A stretch of 63,479 bases of DNA, the filler included, from Reticulomyxa filosa (lineage: Eukaryota; Protista; Foraminifera), in NCBI GenBank assembly GCA_000512085.1. It is 24 parts of 24 records of this genome, joined end to end, with 100 filler letters (N's around TTAATTAATTAA, not from the genome) between each part and the next. Parts side by side here need not be neighbours in the genome. Positions count along the whole stretch, not along the records: positions 13,096 to 15,089 come from ASPP01022185.1; positions 15,190 to 19,386 come from ASPP01009131.1; positions 19,487 to 22,942 come from ASPP01020240.1; positions 23,043 to 28,236 come from ASPP01006337.1; 20 more parts are not named here. One strand, written 5' to 3'. Positions 13,096-25,512 of the stretch are shown here, piece by piece. The notes beneath the pieces were generated by a model. That model did not search any database. It saw only the letters and a program-made list of their open reading frames with translations, and had not been told where the DNA came from. The first letter of the stretch is position 1. Every line of letters begins with the position of its first letter. The position numbers and the translations under genes were made by a program.

Positions 13096-13864
13096 TCTTT
13101 AATTTTTTCCACCAATTCATCCTTTAGACATTCGACGCACCAGCAGCGGAAATGTGGATCCTCTTTTCCTATAAATAATTTTTTTTTTTTTTTGTTTTTT
13201 TTTAAAAAAAAAAACTTAGTTAATGTTTTTTGATACGTATAAAAAAAATAAAGTTTTTCTTTCTCCGGCTCCTGCATACTGCAAATATAAAACCATTTCC
13301 AGCTTGGTACCAGTTCATGACAACGATCACACATTGTTGTCTCAACACGAGTTACAGTAGTTATTTGTTGCTTTGGCCTTTCCTTTTTGGTGGTGGCACT
13401 TATTTTTGGATAAACATTACATATTTCACAAACTTCATGTCAAGTCTGACATGTCTGTAACTCTCTTGTGAATAACACATTTTTTTAAATCTTTTGTTTA
13501 CTCTTGCCAACCCACCTCGCAATTCTTCAAATTCAAAAAAAGTTAGTGTATGACAAAACACATCTTTTGGCAATTGCGACCAGTTAAATCTTATTATTTC
13601 TATTATTTTCCCTCCTTTTTCAATCTCCAGCGCTATCCCCTCTTCATTTTGCGGTTTTCGCACACACATTTCAAAAGGTTCAACAACTGAACATTGCGCT
13701 TTCTCTTCAAGGCTTTGCTTTATTGCTTCTAAGACACTTTGTTCCTCAATCAATAATATTTGCGTCTCTTCGTCAAGATATTCGTCATACAAAAGGCCAC
13801 TCTCATATATAAGGTCGCTATCATGCGGGCTAGACTTATATAAGCCCAATTCATTCATTTTCAA
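13096..13864 (-). CDS. UIM + F-box + Cys/His zinc-finger-like protein; intron 13279-13169; frameshift near 13405; 3' partial
   Basis: EEQSVLEAIKQSLEE (UIM); WSQLPKDVFCHTLTF...LARVNKRFKKMC (F-box); after splicing CDRC...FYICRKEDPHFRCWCVECL. Confidence 0.65.
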
Positions 13865-14532
13865 GAGGGTTTTTACTTTCTAAAACAACAAAGCCAAAAG
13901 TTAAAAAAATTGGGGAACTAAACGTGAAAAAACACCAAAAAAAAGAGGGTCAACGTTTCTACCATCAAAATAAAATCTCGATATAAAACTATTCAAATAA
14001 ATCAACAATTAATACTTTTTTACATTTTTATTAACTTGTAAGTTTTTTTCAAATTTCTGTGTTTTAGAAGCGTATTAAAAGGTCCTAATAAGTTTGATGT
14101 TTTCTTTATTTTTGTTAATCTTCTCCAGAAGGATTAATCATTTGTAATCATAAATATTGCGCAATATCATATAAAAGAACTAATAAGTGCTGCTCTAGAT
14201 GTCAATTCTCTTTTTTATTCTACTGTTGATACTCGTAATCAAACAGGAGAACTTTGTTAACTTGGAATAATATAGATTTTGGTATTTTTAGAATAACAAT
14301 TTTCATTATAACACAAATAAAAACTGAAACTATTTCATTCTGTTCTTCACATGTAAGGTATTTTTGGTGGCCCTTTTTTGGTGTCGAAATAAAAAGTTTT
14401 ACACTTTTTTCCTCCTATATAACCAGAAATTGAACAAATAACTACTCCAAACAAATCATCATTAGTAAACTCTGTCTTTACATTTTTATTGTATTTTTTA
14501 CTTTTGTTGTGTATTATTTATGATTAAACCGG

Positions 14533-14745
14533 TCAGAAGAAGAAATCCAAGTAATTATTAAACATTGGATTCGAGTATCACATATTAAATTTGGATGGAT
14601 AGTATTTTGAAAAAATTGTTTAGATTATGTTATGTTGTTTTTTTTTATTCAATGAATTACTCAAATGTTAATTTTGTTATTATCATTATTACTATTTTAT
14701 ACAAGCAACCACAATCTTCATTCTTGACATGTTTTGTTCAAACAA
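14533..14745 (+). pseudogene. Decayed fragment of the WD40-family linker exon
   Basis: EEEIQVIIKHWIRVSHIKFGWI then frameshift/stop; the following intron and TIFILDMF exon start are retained but no WD40 repeats follow. Homologous to 28023-28236 and 33590-33694. Confidence 0.7.
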
Positions 14746-15189
14746 AAAAATACATAAAGAGAGTGCGGCAGTGAACAGAGCCAATTGAAATAAAACATTT
14801 CACATATTTCTCATTCATTTCCTCAATTCAAAATTTAAAAGTAAAATGTACTTTTGATGTTGCATTTTTCTATTCTTTTGTTTTTAGTGCCCAAGCAACT
14901 TCTATTTACTGTTTTTTATCGTCAAGAGTAAACGCTTAAATTTAAAGTTTTTCAAAACGAAGACTAAAACTCCAGCTGTTATGTCCATTTTTACTTGCAA
15001 TATTTGATTTATGAAACGTAGTGAACTAAATATTGCTTATTCGAGTGATTAATGAACTGAATTTAGGAATCGTCTTAATGTAGTTTTCTNNNNNNNNNNN
15101 NNNNNNNNNNNNNNNNNNNNNNNNNNNNNNNNNTTAATTAATTAANNNNNNNNNNNNNNNNNNNNNNNNNNNNNNNNNNNNNNNNNNNN

Positions 15190-16119
15190 GAAAGTGTAAG
15201 TACAAAAAAAAAAAAAAAATTAACCTCAAACAGTCGTACATATCCAAAGGGTGTTTGAAATAATTTTTGAAAAGACATTTTGCTTTTTTGCGTTTCATTT
15301 CATTCAAAATTAACAAAGGCACCATTTCTTGCCACTCTTCCAATAACTCGCTTTCACTCATTTTCATTCTTTCATTTGTAGTCTCGCAATCGCTTGGCAA
15401 CGTCCATCCATTCAGATTGCCATTCCACAATTCGCCTTCTGCCATCTCTTCTCGTTTCCTTTTACGGTTTTGTTTCTCGCTTTCGTTTTTTTTACGTTGC
15501 TCTTTTCCTTTTTCCTTTTCTCTTTCTTTCTCTTTTTCTTTTTCCTTTCCATATTTACTCTTATTTTTATTTCCATTTGCACTTGCATTTGCATGGTTTG
15601 TGTTTGTGCTTGGATTTGTATTTATATTTGCGTTTATGTTTGTGTTTTGGTTTATCTTTGGTTCAAACACTGGCCCAACTCGTTTGTTTGACACTATCGT
15701 GTTCCTCGAATTTGGGTGAATTGACGCATATTTAGAAACCCAAATTCCATTTTTAAATTCACTTTTTTTTTTTTTTTTTTGAAAAAAAAAAGTTTGTGCA
15801 ATGAAAGCCCCTTTTTTCCCATACACCTCAATTTTTCGACTTACTACTCGGGCAATTTTGGAGGGATTGAGTGGTTGGGGAACATTTGATATGTACCATA
15901 TTTGGTCGGAAGAATCCTGATCCATTCGGATTTTTTATTTTATTTATTTTTTTTTACTCTCCTGTCACATTTCAATCGCGAGAAAAAGAAAACACAAACA
16001 AAATAACAACATTACGAGCGAATATCTTGGGATTGTTCCTCACAACTCACTGATGAGAATGTCGTCACTGATTCATTTGTTCCCAAAGCTCCGTTCTGAA
16101 AACCAGTTTGCATTGACAT
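15190..16119 (-). CDS. Hypothetical multi-exon protein with N/K/E low-complexity tract; partial
   Basis: Long ORF 15925-15190 with intron-like T/A runs; no family recognised. Confidence 0.4.
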
Positions 16120-16499
16120 AAGTTAAGCCATCCACAAACTTCAAAAAATAAAGGGGCCAATATTAAGCACCCTTTGATTTTTTCTTTCATTTTTTGCAGT
16201 GAAGATTTTTATAAAATTAGTTCAGCTTTATTTGAAAAATGTCATAACTGTGGTGCATTCTTGTGACATAGTACAAAGAAATAACATCTTCTTTGAATGA
16301 AAATGGAGGTGATAAACAAAAATCTGAATTTTGGCCTAAAGTATACTTTCACAAGCTATAACAAAAGAATAAACGATTTTTGATTTGGCATAATCTTGTG
16401 TATGCAGGGAACTAAAAAGCAAACTTAACGATAACTTTACAATAAAGCGTCCAAAACAATAATAATTTTAACGATATAAAAAACACACACGTACTTGAG

Positions 16500-17688
16500 A
16501 TGTCAATACAATATCATCCCTGCTATCGCGACCTGACAAGAAGATTTATGCATTTGAGGGAGTCGTTTCAACCGTTGAAAGTTTCGTTTTCAGAGCACAC
16601 GAGCCAGGAGCACATCATATCATCTCCTGAACAGGTAGAAGGATTGCCTCCAGTTTGGACTGAAACACTAGAATTAATTGATGATGATCTCCACAAAATT
16701 GAGCAGCAAAGTTTAGTGTAGTTCTTTTCATAGAGCTTAGAAGTTGTTGGAAAGGCTCTTTTTTTTTAATATTGGAGTCGTGACTTGCACCACGCAAACA
16801 AATGACTAAAAAAATGTACTATTTCTCTACGTAGTTAGTTTGCTGCAAAGCAGTCACGCCAATCGTTTACGGATTAATTTCAACGATACCAAATATCAGG
16901 ACATTCAAGTTCAAGAAAGGACCCGTTCCATAACGAAAGTTATGATTTAAGCACAAAAAAAAATTTTTGGAACACGAAAAACTACAAATAAAATTTAAAA
17001 AAAAAAACAGTTGTTTAGAGAAGTGGAGAACAACTTGAAGAAAGTGGTAGTAATGGGCAATGAGAAGCCCAACGAAACTTTACCTTATCAAGAACGACTT
17101 ATACGTCTCAACGTAATGCGTTCCCGTGCGATGAAAGTGCAAGGTCTAACAAAAACGTTTCGACATGCACAACGAGAGTTTTTAGAGAAATTAAGCAAAC
17201 AAGAAGCAATGGGAAATCGATTAATTGATGGAAATATCAAGAATACGCTTCCACCGTTAGAAAAATTGGAACAAGGATTCACAATTGAACAATTGCAGCA
17301 GCTGGAAAAAGTAGAACATGAATCATCTCAACGAACACGTGATATCATTGCTATTGCCAAATCAATTCATGAATTGGCACAATTGTTTAAAGAATTGTCC
17401 GTTTTGGTCGTTGAACAAGTTTTGATTTTTTTTTCTATTTTTGACTTTTCTAAAACATGGACAAAAAATAAAATCAACAAATCCAAAAAAAAAAAAAAGG
17501 GATCAATTTTGGATAGAATCGATTACAATGTCGAACGAACAGTTGACACCATAAAATTTGCACAAAAGGAAGTTCTACGATCTGAAAAATATCAAAAAGC
17601 ATCACGTAGTATACTTTGCATTTTTGTATTGATTATACTTATAATTATCTCTCTTATTGTTGTCGTTGTCAGGAACTTGCCAAAGTAA
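16500..17688 (+). CDS. STX16: Syntaxin-16/Tlg2 (Qa-SNARE); exons 16500-16710, 16835-16938, 17011-17418, 17500-17688
   Basis: N-peptide YRDLTRRF, LPPVW, SNARE motif IAKSIHELAQLFKELSVLVVEQGSILDRIDYNVE, C-terminal TM; all junctions in phase. Confidence 0.92.
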
Positions 17689-18288
17689 AAACAAGAGGAA
17701 AAGTTCTTAACACAGCCAAAAAAGATTGTTTACATTTAATTGTTAGTATTTATCTATTTTATGATTTGTTTTTTCTTATGCTTTTGAAGTTGTTTGTTTA
17801 GAGAATTTTGATAAACAAGCAACGTTCAGTTATTTGGAATTGAAGTATCTCAACGTAATATTTTACAAATTGGGAAAAAGACTTACAGCAGCTTCAATCC
17901 CAAAAATTGTACATTTCTAATTTATCTCGAATTTAATGTACACAGTAAAATGCAAATAAAACTTGTTTTTTTACTGTCAATTGGTGGACGCGTTGTGAAT
18001 AAAGAACAGACGTTTGGTTACGATTGAGTATTCTTATGAAAAGTTTGATTAACTTTTCTCACCAGTTCAAAGGATAAAACTGCAATACAAAGTAGCACCA
18101 ACAAATTTTTACGTGTTACTTCTTTTCCTTTGTTAAAAAAAACACCAAATAGTCAAGACAAATCTTGTAAAAATAAGAAAATGAAAAAAGAAAAACAAAA
18201 CCCCAAATAATTAGAATGTGATTGAGATTTTTATTGCCTTAAACAGTAATGAGGGATTAATAGCAGAAAGAAAAAAAAAAAAAGCTAA

Positions 18289-19386
18289 TTACAACAAAGT
18301 ACTGTCTTGAGTCAAGCTATTGCCAGTGGCGGCTTTTGCTTGCTGGACGTTGGTGGTAATTTGGGCCTGATGTGTGCTTGCACTGGTGCTATGACTGGAC
18401 TGTTGTAAAAGCTCGGTGATCACATCATCTTCAAACGAAAACATGGCTTCTTCCTTAAAATTTGCATCGTCGCGTTGTCTGTGTCCAACAGCTTGAGATC
18501 GGGCATTGTCACTGCGCTCGGGTGAATTCAGCTGACTCACCGTTGACTGAGTGTTGTGTAACTTACGTTCGCGCTCTTCCATTTCTTGTGCATCCATTAC
18601 GACCAAGTTATCATCGTCATCATTGTCATTATCATTATCATTATCATTATCATCATCTTTGTTATCATCATTAGAAGTCTGGTTCTTTTGTCGGATCTGT
18701 AGAAAAGTTGTTTTTTCAAAACGTGTTTCCTCTTTTGCTTGGTAGCATTAATTTTGGTGAGACAATCATCTGCCGACTTCATGGACTTGAGAGTCAAAAT
18801 GCTACTGGATTGGTTGCTATGACCAAGACTGGGTGTTTTGGAGGACACAGTGATTACCGTAGACACGGTGGTCCCAATGTGACCTGGATGAGGACCGGCT
18901 TTGAGTTTAACTTTTGTGTGCTTTTCACTGGTCGTCGAGGAGAGAAGTGGCAACAAGGCCTTTTGGCTCTTTTCCGTATCATTATCCGTATCTTTTTCAT
19001 CCTCTTTTTTGTTCTTCTTCTTGTTCCCCTTTTCTTCCGTCCCTTTCTTTTCGCGTTCTTCCGCGTCGTGCAGTAACGACAGTGGTTGTGGATGCGCTTT
19101 TGCGTGAGGGTGAAAAGGTGCGGATTGTGGTTGAGATAGCAGTTCATTCGTCGACTTGGCACGTGTAGCGAAAGGGGGTGCCCCTTTTCCCAGCGCGAGA
19201 GTGTCAGCTTGAATGGGAGAATACTGCAGCGACGGAGCACTCAAAGCACCATCCGATATGTCAATATAAGTGAAGGACGTGTTGGAAGCTTGTCTACTCA
19301 AATGCAATTGGCTTTCCATAGGTGAAGCACTTCTTTGATCGACCTGCTCCTTCTTCTTCTTCTTCTTCTTCTTCTGATGATGATGA
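18289..19386 (-). CDS. Low-complexity hypothetical protein, C-terminal part (one frameshift near 18720)
   Basis: ORFs 19319-18597 and 18606-18289 join with a single-base shift, giving a DN-repeat tract. Confidence 0.5.
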
Positions 19387-19486
19387 NNNNNNNNNNNNNN
19401 NNNNNNNNNNNNNNNNNNNNNNNNNNNNNNTTAATTAATTAANNNNNNNNNNNNNNNNNNNNNNNNNNNNNNNNNNNNNNNNNNNN

Positions 19487-20762
19487 TAATAATAATAATA
19501 ATAATAATAACAATAATAATAATAATAGTATGGCAAATAAAATAAATGCTCAATATGAGCAACAGCTGAAAGCCTTGCAACAACAATTGGACCAAAGCCA
19601 ACAAGATATGAAAGCACTGGAGACGAAGAAGAACGAGGAGATAACGTCTTTGCAAAAGCAGTTTGAGCAATGGAAAGAAAAGGAGTTGGCGGCGTGGACA
19701 GCGGACAAGGGGAATGCGATAAAGCGCGAGAGGGATGAGCACGAGCGTGTGAAGAGACAGTTGGAGGATGCACTGCACCGAGTGCATGCAGACATGAAGG
19801 AGAAGAGAAACGAGGAGGAGATGAGTGAGGAGCGTCAACGAGAGTGGATCAAAGGTTTGGAGGAGCAGATTGAAGGCTTTGAGAAGGAAAGGAACGAATT
19901 GAAGCAGACATTGGGAGCACAGTTGGACAACGCAAAGCAAGAAATTACAAAATTGAATGAGACAGCAGGAGCATTGAAACAAAAGAATGAGGACTTATCC
20001 AAAGAGATGAATAAATTGCGTGAGGACAATGAGCTGGCAATTTTGCAAGTGCGAAATAAGGCAATTGCAGATACAGAAAAGCATTGGCGATTGGAAATTC
20101 AAAAGACGCATCAAGACCAGCTTGCAGGTGAAGAGCAGCTGCAGTTGCAACTGGCACAAGCAAAAGAAGAGTACAACGAATTGCAGCAACAGCATGAGAC
20201 ACTCGTGAACACGCAGCAACAGCAGCAAAGCCAACTGACGACAACGCAACAAGATCATCTTATCAAAATGAAGAAAATGGAGCAAGACTTGGAAGAAGTA
20301 AAGACAGAAAACGAAGGCTTGAAGCAAAAACTGAAAGCTGCAAACACAAAAAAGAGTCTGCTCGAAACCGAGTTCCAAGAATTGCAAACGAAGATGAAGT
20401 CGGAAATAGACAAACTGGTGGCCACTTTGGACAAGGAAAAACAGAATCATTTGGACAAAGTCAAAACGCTGACGAGCGAGTTGAACAATGTGCAGTTCCA
20501 CTTGTCGCAGGCTCAAGAGACGCATGACGACAATGTACGCGAGCTTAAGGCACAATGGGACAAAGACACGCAAGTCAAGCTGCAAGAGTCCAGACAGGTC
20601 ATTGCCACCAAAAACAAAGAAATGATCGCTTGAATGATGCTGTTCATGTGCTCAAAGACACGGACGCTCAGAGACACAAAGACTGGCAAAAAGAAAGAGA
20701 CAAGTTCCAACGCGAATTGGACAAGCTTCAACAACAATTATTACAATTACAACAACAGTTGC

Positions 20763-20809
<47 letters not shown>

Positions 20810-21238
20810 AGCATTTCGAGATCTGATGATCGACAACGGACTTTCACACCCTCTGAAAGATCACCTTCTACTGGTGCTATCACTGGTACTATTGGCACTA
20901 CTACTAGCACTAGTGCTGCTGCACAACGCTATCTTGGCAAAGAAGGCATGAGGGAACGTGCTCAAATGATGGTTTCTCAAATCATTGATGCTTCTTCTTC
21001 TTCGTCCTCTTCTTTGTCCAGGCCGGACGAAAAAAAATTCCAGTCTCTTCCTGATAACAATTTCAATGCCAATACCTCCGTCACTTCCACCACTTCTTCT
21101 TCTTCTTTCAAACCTCCGGTCAAAGACACCTCCAGAGATGAGGATTATCAACTCAAATTGGATCCCAATTCAATGGGTGACAGGGAACACTTTCTACTAA
21201 TGAAACAGAGATATGATAACCCCAGCGACACTGACTAA
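19487..21238 (+). CDS. Long coiled-coil protein with polyQ and Ser-rich tail; 5' partial; frameshift near 20620
   Basis: Heptad-rich E/K/Q/L ORF 19530-20633 continues in ORF 20555-21238 if one A is added in an A-run; (CAA)n at ~20762-20808. Confidence 0.7.
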
Positions 21239-21711
21239 AGTCATCGCTAGCTGCGGCTAATCCCTTTGCTTCTATCTTCTTTTTCATCTTGCTTCTCCTC
21301 CTTCACTCTTTTGTATATTTTTTTTTTCTTTCTTTATCCTCTTCTCAGGGATAAAAGCATATTCAGACAATTGTAAACGCTTAGATCCGTTTGTAACTTT
21401 TACCATAAACGTTTAAATCCTTTTTTTTTTTGGTATAAGTGGTGCAAAAGTATCAATCAACCGAAAATTATTGTGTCAAACTTCAATACAACACTCTTTG
21501 GTAACGCTATTGTATTTGTAAGCACTCAAACTTAAAATGAAAATACTTATTCGTCTCATTGAATCAACACACAAAACGTATAGAAAGGAAATTTGAAATA
21601 TGTTTATGTTAAAATTGGCCAAGGACTACTTGCAACACTTGGAAAGTGTAAAATGAAAGAAGGACTTTGGAAAAAAATTTATCAAAAAAAAAAATCAAAT
21701 CAGAATAACTG

Positions 21712-22812
21712 ATGAGAAAAAGAAATCAAAACATGGATGCGGAAATGGAGACAGAAATGGAGGAATTCTTGTCTAAAATGCCAGCAAAGGAGGCAAATAT
21801 TGAGAATCTGAATGAGACGGTCAAACACGACCCGAAGTGTGTACACAACACGCAATCACCGAGTGGAGAAGGAAAGAGAAAAATCCGGCCAGGATATGTG
21901 ATATCAATTCGTTTTGTAACAGTGCCAATAGTATTTTTGTCTTTTTACCTGTTGTGCGTGCCATCCAACAACATATTTAAGCCAGTTGGAATAGGGCCAT
22001 GTCTATTGTACGGAGCAATGGAGCCGTTGAAGAACTTGATGCACTTAGGCAAGTAGGGATTGAGTGAAAGAACAATAATAATAATAATAATAATAACAAA
22101 TAACAAATAACAAATAACAAAAATAAAAAAGGTGTGTTTACACGAGCAAGCATCACATATGAAGCGAATCGAAATGCTCTGTGCTATTCGATGGTGAAAT
22201 GGGGGTTTGTATTTTTAATGACATATTTTGGATTTTGCATCGTGTATTCATTGTACTTGGCGACGTCAACAGCGTTGACAATTGACAGACTTGTGATCGA
22301 GTTGATTTGGTACGGATATTTGAGTGCCATGTGTTTGTGGGGATATTTGAATCTGTCGCAAAGACACGATTTGACTCCGTGGTTCCGATATTACAATATC
22401 GACGCCTCTGTGCACACGACTCACAAAGACGCCAAGCAAGAGACGGGGAATATCAAGTTGCAGCAGCTGCCACTTGTGACGCGCTTGGAATGGGCCGTGC
22501 TGTTGCATTATGTGTGGTTCATTTGCTACAACGTCGCTGCCGTGTGTTCCCGTATCGTGGGCTCCTACGCCTCCTCTCAGGAGCTCAAGCTACATCAAAT
22601 GCACCCACGATACACTTCTCCTATCTATCACGTCCAAAATGTTTGGATGGAGTGGACCATGTTTGGTCACGATTTTTTGCATGGCATTGGAATGGCCTTC
22701 CATTACGCCTTTGCCAGTAGTGTCGTCGACACTTGCATTTACAACCCACACAATAGTAACAAAATCGACATTGCACGAACTATGGTCTTTTTCACAGGAG
22801 GCTTGGATCTGG
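21712..22812 (+). CDS. Multi-pass membrane protein, family not recognised; probable GC-AG intron 22049-22131; 3' partial
   Basis: Several hydrophobic segments in ORFs 21712 and 22134; AG/GCAAGT donor is in phase with AAAAAAG acceptor. Confidence 0.55.
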
Positions 22813-23109
22813 GTTTGTGTGTGTGTAAATTATATATATATGTATATACACATATATAAGGAATAATGTGCACATATATGTACGCATTATTTGTACATTT
22901 TGGATTGAGGGGGGGAAATTCATGCAAGGACGAATAATAAAANNNNNNNNNNNNNNNNNNNNNNNNNNNNNNNNNNNNNNNNNNNNTTAATTAATTAANN
23001 NNNNNNNNNNNNNNNNNNNNNNNNNNNNNNNNNNNNNNNNNNCACACGAAGGGAGAAGGGGAGGGGGGGTCCAACCACCCAATTAAAAAAAAAAAAAAAA
23101 AATGTTTGG

Positions 23110-23636
23110 GCGCATGTTCAAAACTTTGTGTGCAACATCTTCAAACTGATCAGTTACTTGTAGAAACTTCTTAAATCCTTCGGACATTCTTTTTTACATA
23201 TACAAATAATAATTAATAAACAAAACAAGACCAACTGTTTACACTCCTTGTTTGTCAATAACACAGTTCTTTCATGTTCTTGTACTGTTCCCAATTCTTG
23301 CCCTCTCCTTCTCTTCTCCTCTCTTCTCCTCCCCCCCTCGTCTTCTCTTTTTCTACGAATTAAAAAACTCAGTACACAAGGACAAACAGACAAATAGTAC
23401 ATGCGGTTATTTGCGTCCAAATGAAGCTCTTTGAAATCGTCGGAGGTTTCTTGCATTTGTTGAGGCAGTTTGTTGCGCAGTGTCTTCAACTTGTTTATCA
23501 TTTCGTCCAGTTGACCGTAACATTTTTTATACGCTTGTGACTGTTCTCGCACCTCCAAATAAGCATTTTCCAATAATACCAATGCCTCATCAGAATTTGA
23601 AGGTGTATGTAGGCTTGAAGTTATGTTATCAGCCAT
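23110..23636 (-). CDS. Hypothetical helical protein, N-terminal exons; partial
   Basis: ATG at 23636, coding-like exons separated by short introns; no confident family. Confidence 0.4.
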
Positions 23637-23990
23637 CTGAGGAAAACGGGGTTTTAAATTTTTTAAATTCTTTAAACGCTTATTAGAAGTGCATACGATT
23701 CAAGCAGAAAAAATAAAATAGTATTACAAAAAAAAATTAGTAACTTACTTTTTTAAATTTTTAAACAATTGAATCGTAAATTCAAATTTTAAGCGTAAGA
23801 AAGTTACTAACAATTAATATTTATGAAAACTTTGAATTAGTTTGAAATCATTTTCTCAAAGAGGCCATTTCTCTTTAATATCCAATTTGGAGATACAAAA
23901 CATGCACAAATGGATAAAAAAAACGGAGGGCAGAAGAGTTCAGAGCAGAAAAACATAGATTCAAGCTCTAGTTTTTTCAGGAGGAGAGTG

Positions 23991-25479
23991 TTAGTTTTGT
24001 GCTGTTTCCAAAGCAGCTTGTTTTGCTTCTCCAAATGTTTCATCAGAAATTTTTAGATGCCTTGCCTTGCTATCTTTTGCTATTGTGTTGTTTTTAATTC
24101 GTTGCACCGCCTCTTTGCTACGAAGTGTTAACTGTGCGTTTTGGTCATTTTCCGTTTTGGTTTGATGTTCTTTTGCAACTCGTTGAACACTTTGCATGTA
24201 ACTTTGCCATTTTCGGCGGTCATTGTCAGAGGCGATTTGGGTCAGTTTTTTTTGTTGCTGTTTAATGGCTTGGATTTTAATATCCGTGTCTTCCTGTTCC
24301 ATCAACTTGGCCTCTTCCATTTGTTTGTAAAGTTGTTGCGTATGCAAAGTAAATAGACGCTGTTTAGACTGATTCGCTGCCTTTAACTTTTCTAACTTAG
24401 CATCGTTTTTTATTTTTTGCTCTTGCACAGCTTGTTTGCGCAAGTTGCGAATTTTGCTCAGATTTTGGGCTTTCCACATCAGTATCTGATGTTTACTTTT
24501 TTTTGCACTTTGAATTTGTTTCTTTTTATGGCTGACCTCTGCCTTGTGAAGGAGTTTGCAATGAGCCAGACGTGTTTGGAGTTCAATCAATGACATTTCA
24601 GTCAACAGTCGATGATCTGCCGTCGACGTTGGGTCAAACTGTCTTTCCCCAAGAGTTTTTTTAAAAAAAGGGGAACACCAAATTTTTTCGAAAAAAAACT
24701 TTTTTTTTTTTTTTGCGGCTTAAAAAGATGGTATTAGAAAAGGTTCCTGCTTTGGTGCTTTTGCTCGCATAGCAGCAAGTTTTTCCATAGCCTGTATCTC
24801 GACAATGAGTAATTTCTTTTGCCTCATTTCTTCAATCTTTTGTCTTTCGTGTTCTTCTTTAAGCCTCTGCGCGCTTTGATTCATTTCAATGGCCATGCTT
24901 TTGTTCTCTTCTTTCCGCTGCTTCTTCGCTTCAACTGCGTTCAGTTCATTCAATTGAACCTCTTGAACTACCGTTTTTTTTTTCTCGAGAGTGCTGTCGT
25001 CTTCCTCTTGCTTTTGTTGTTGTCTTTGCTTTTGCTCTTCTCTATCACATACAAACATACAATAAGTATGTATACGTATATTTAAAAAAGGATACTTTAT
25101 TTATTTATTTTTATTTTTTTTTTGTGTTAAAAACTTGGAAATGGAAGTTTCTTTAAATTTCAATTGTTTGTTATGTTGCACGGCCTTCTTTGCGGTGAAC
25201 AAGGTCTGTTGTGTTTGAAGCTTCAATTGTTGCATTTGCATTTCTTTCGCGATTCGCTCGCTTTCATGTTGTTTGTCTTTCCATTTGTCAAAGTCTTTGC
25301 TATCGTACAGTCCCTTTTCAAACTCTTTTATCAATTCCACCTCTCGCTGTTGCTGTCGTCTCACCAGTGCGTCTTCTCTCAAAATTGCTGCCGTTGTCAG
25401 TCGCACCGCACACTCTGTCTTCGCCACGGGTACTTCCACCGCTTTAAATTGTTGGCTTTGGATACTTTTTCGCACATTT

Positions 25480-25512
<33 letters not shown>

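Noticed and set aside
19431-20585. Long antisense or alternative-frame ORFs (also 711-1466, 15267-15735, 28473-29153, 39938-40726, 51571-52290)
   Set aside because: Shadows of low-complexity or GC-rich genes on the other strand or frame; no motifs.
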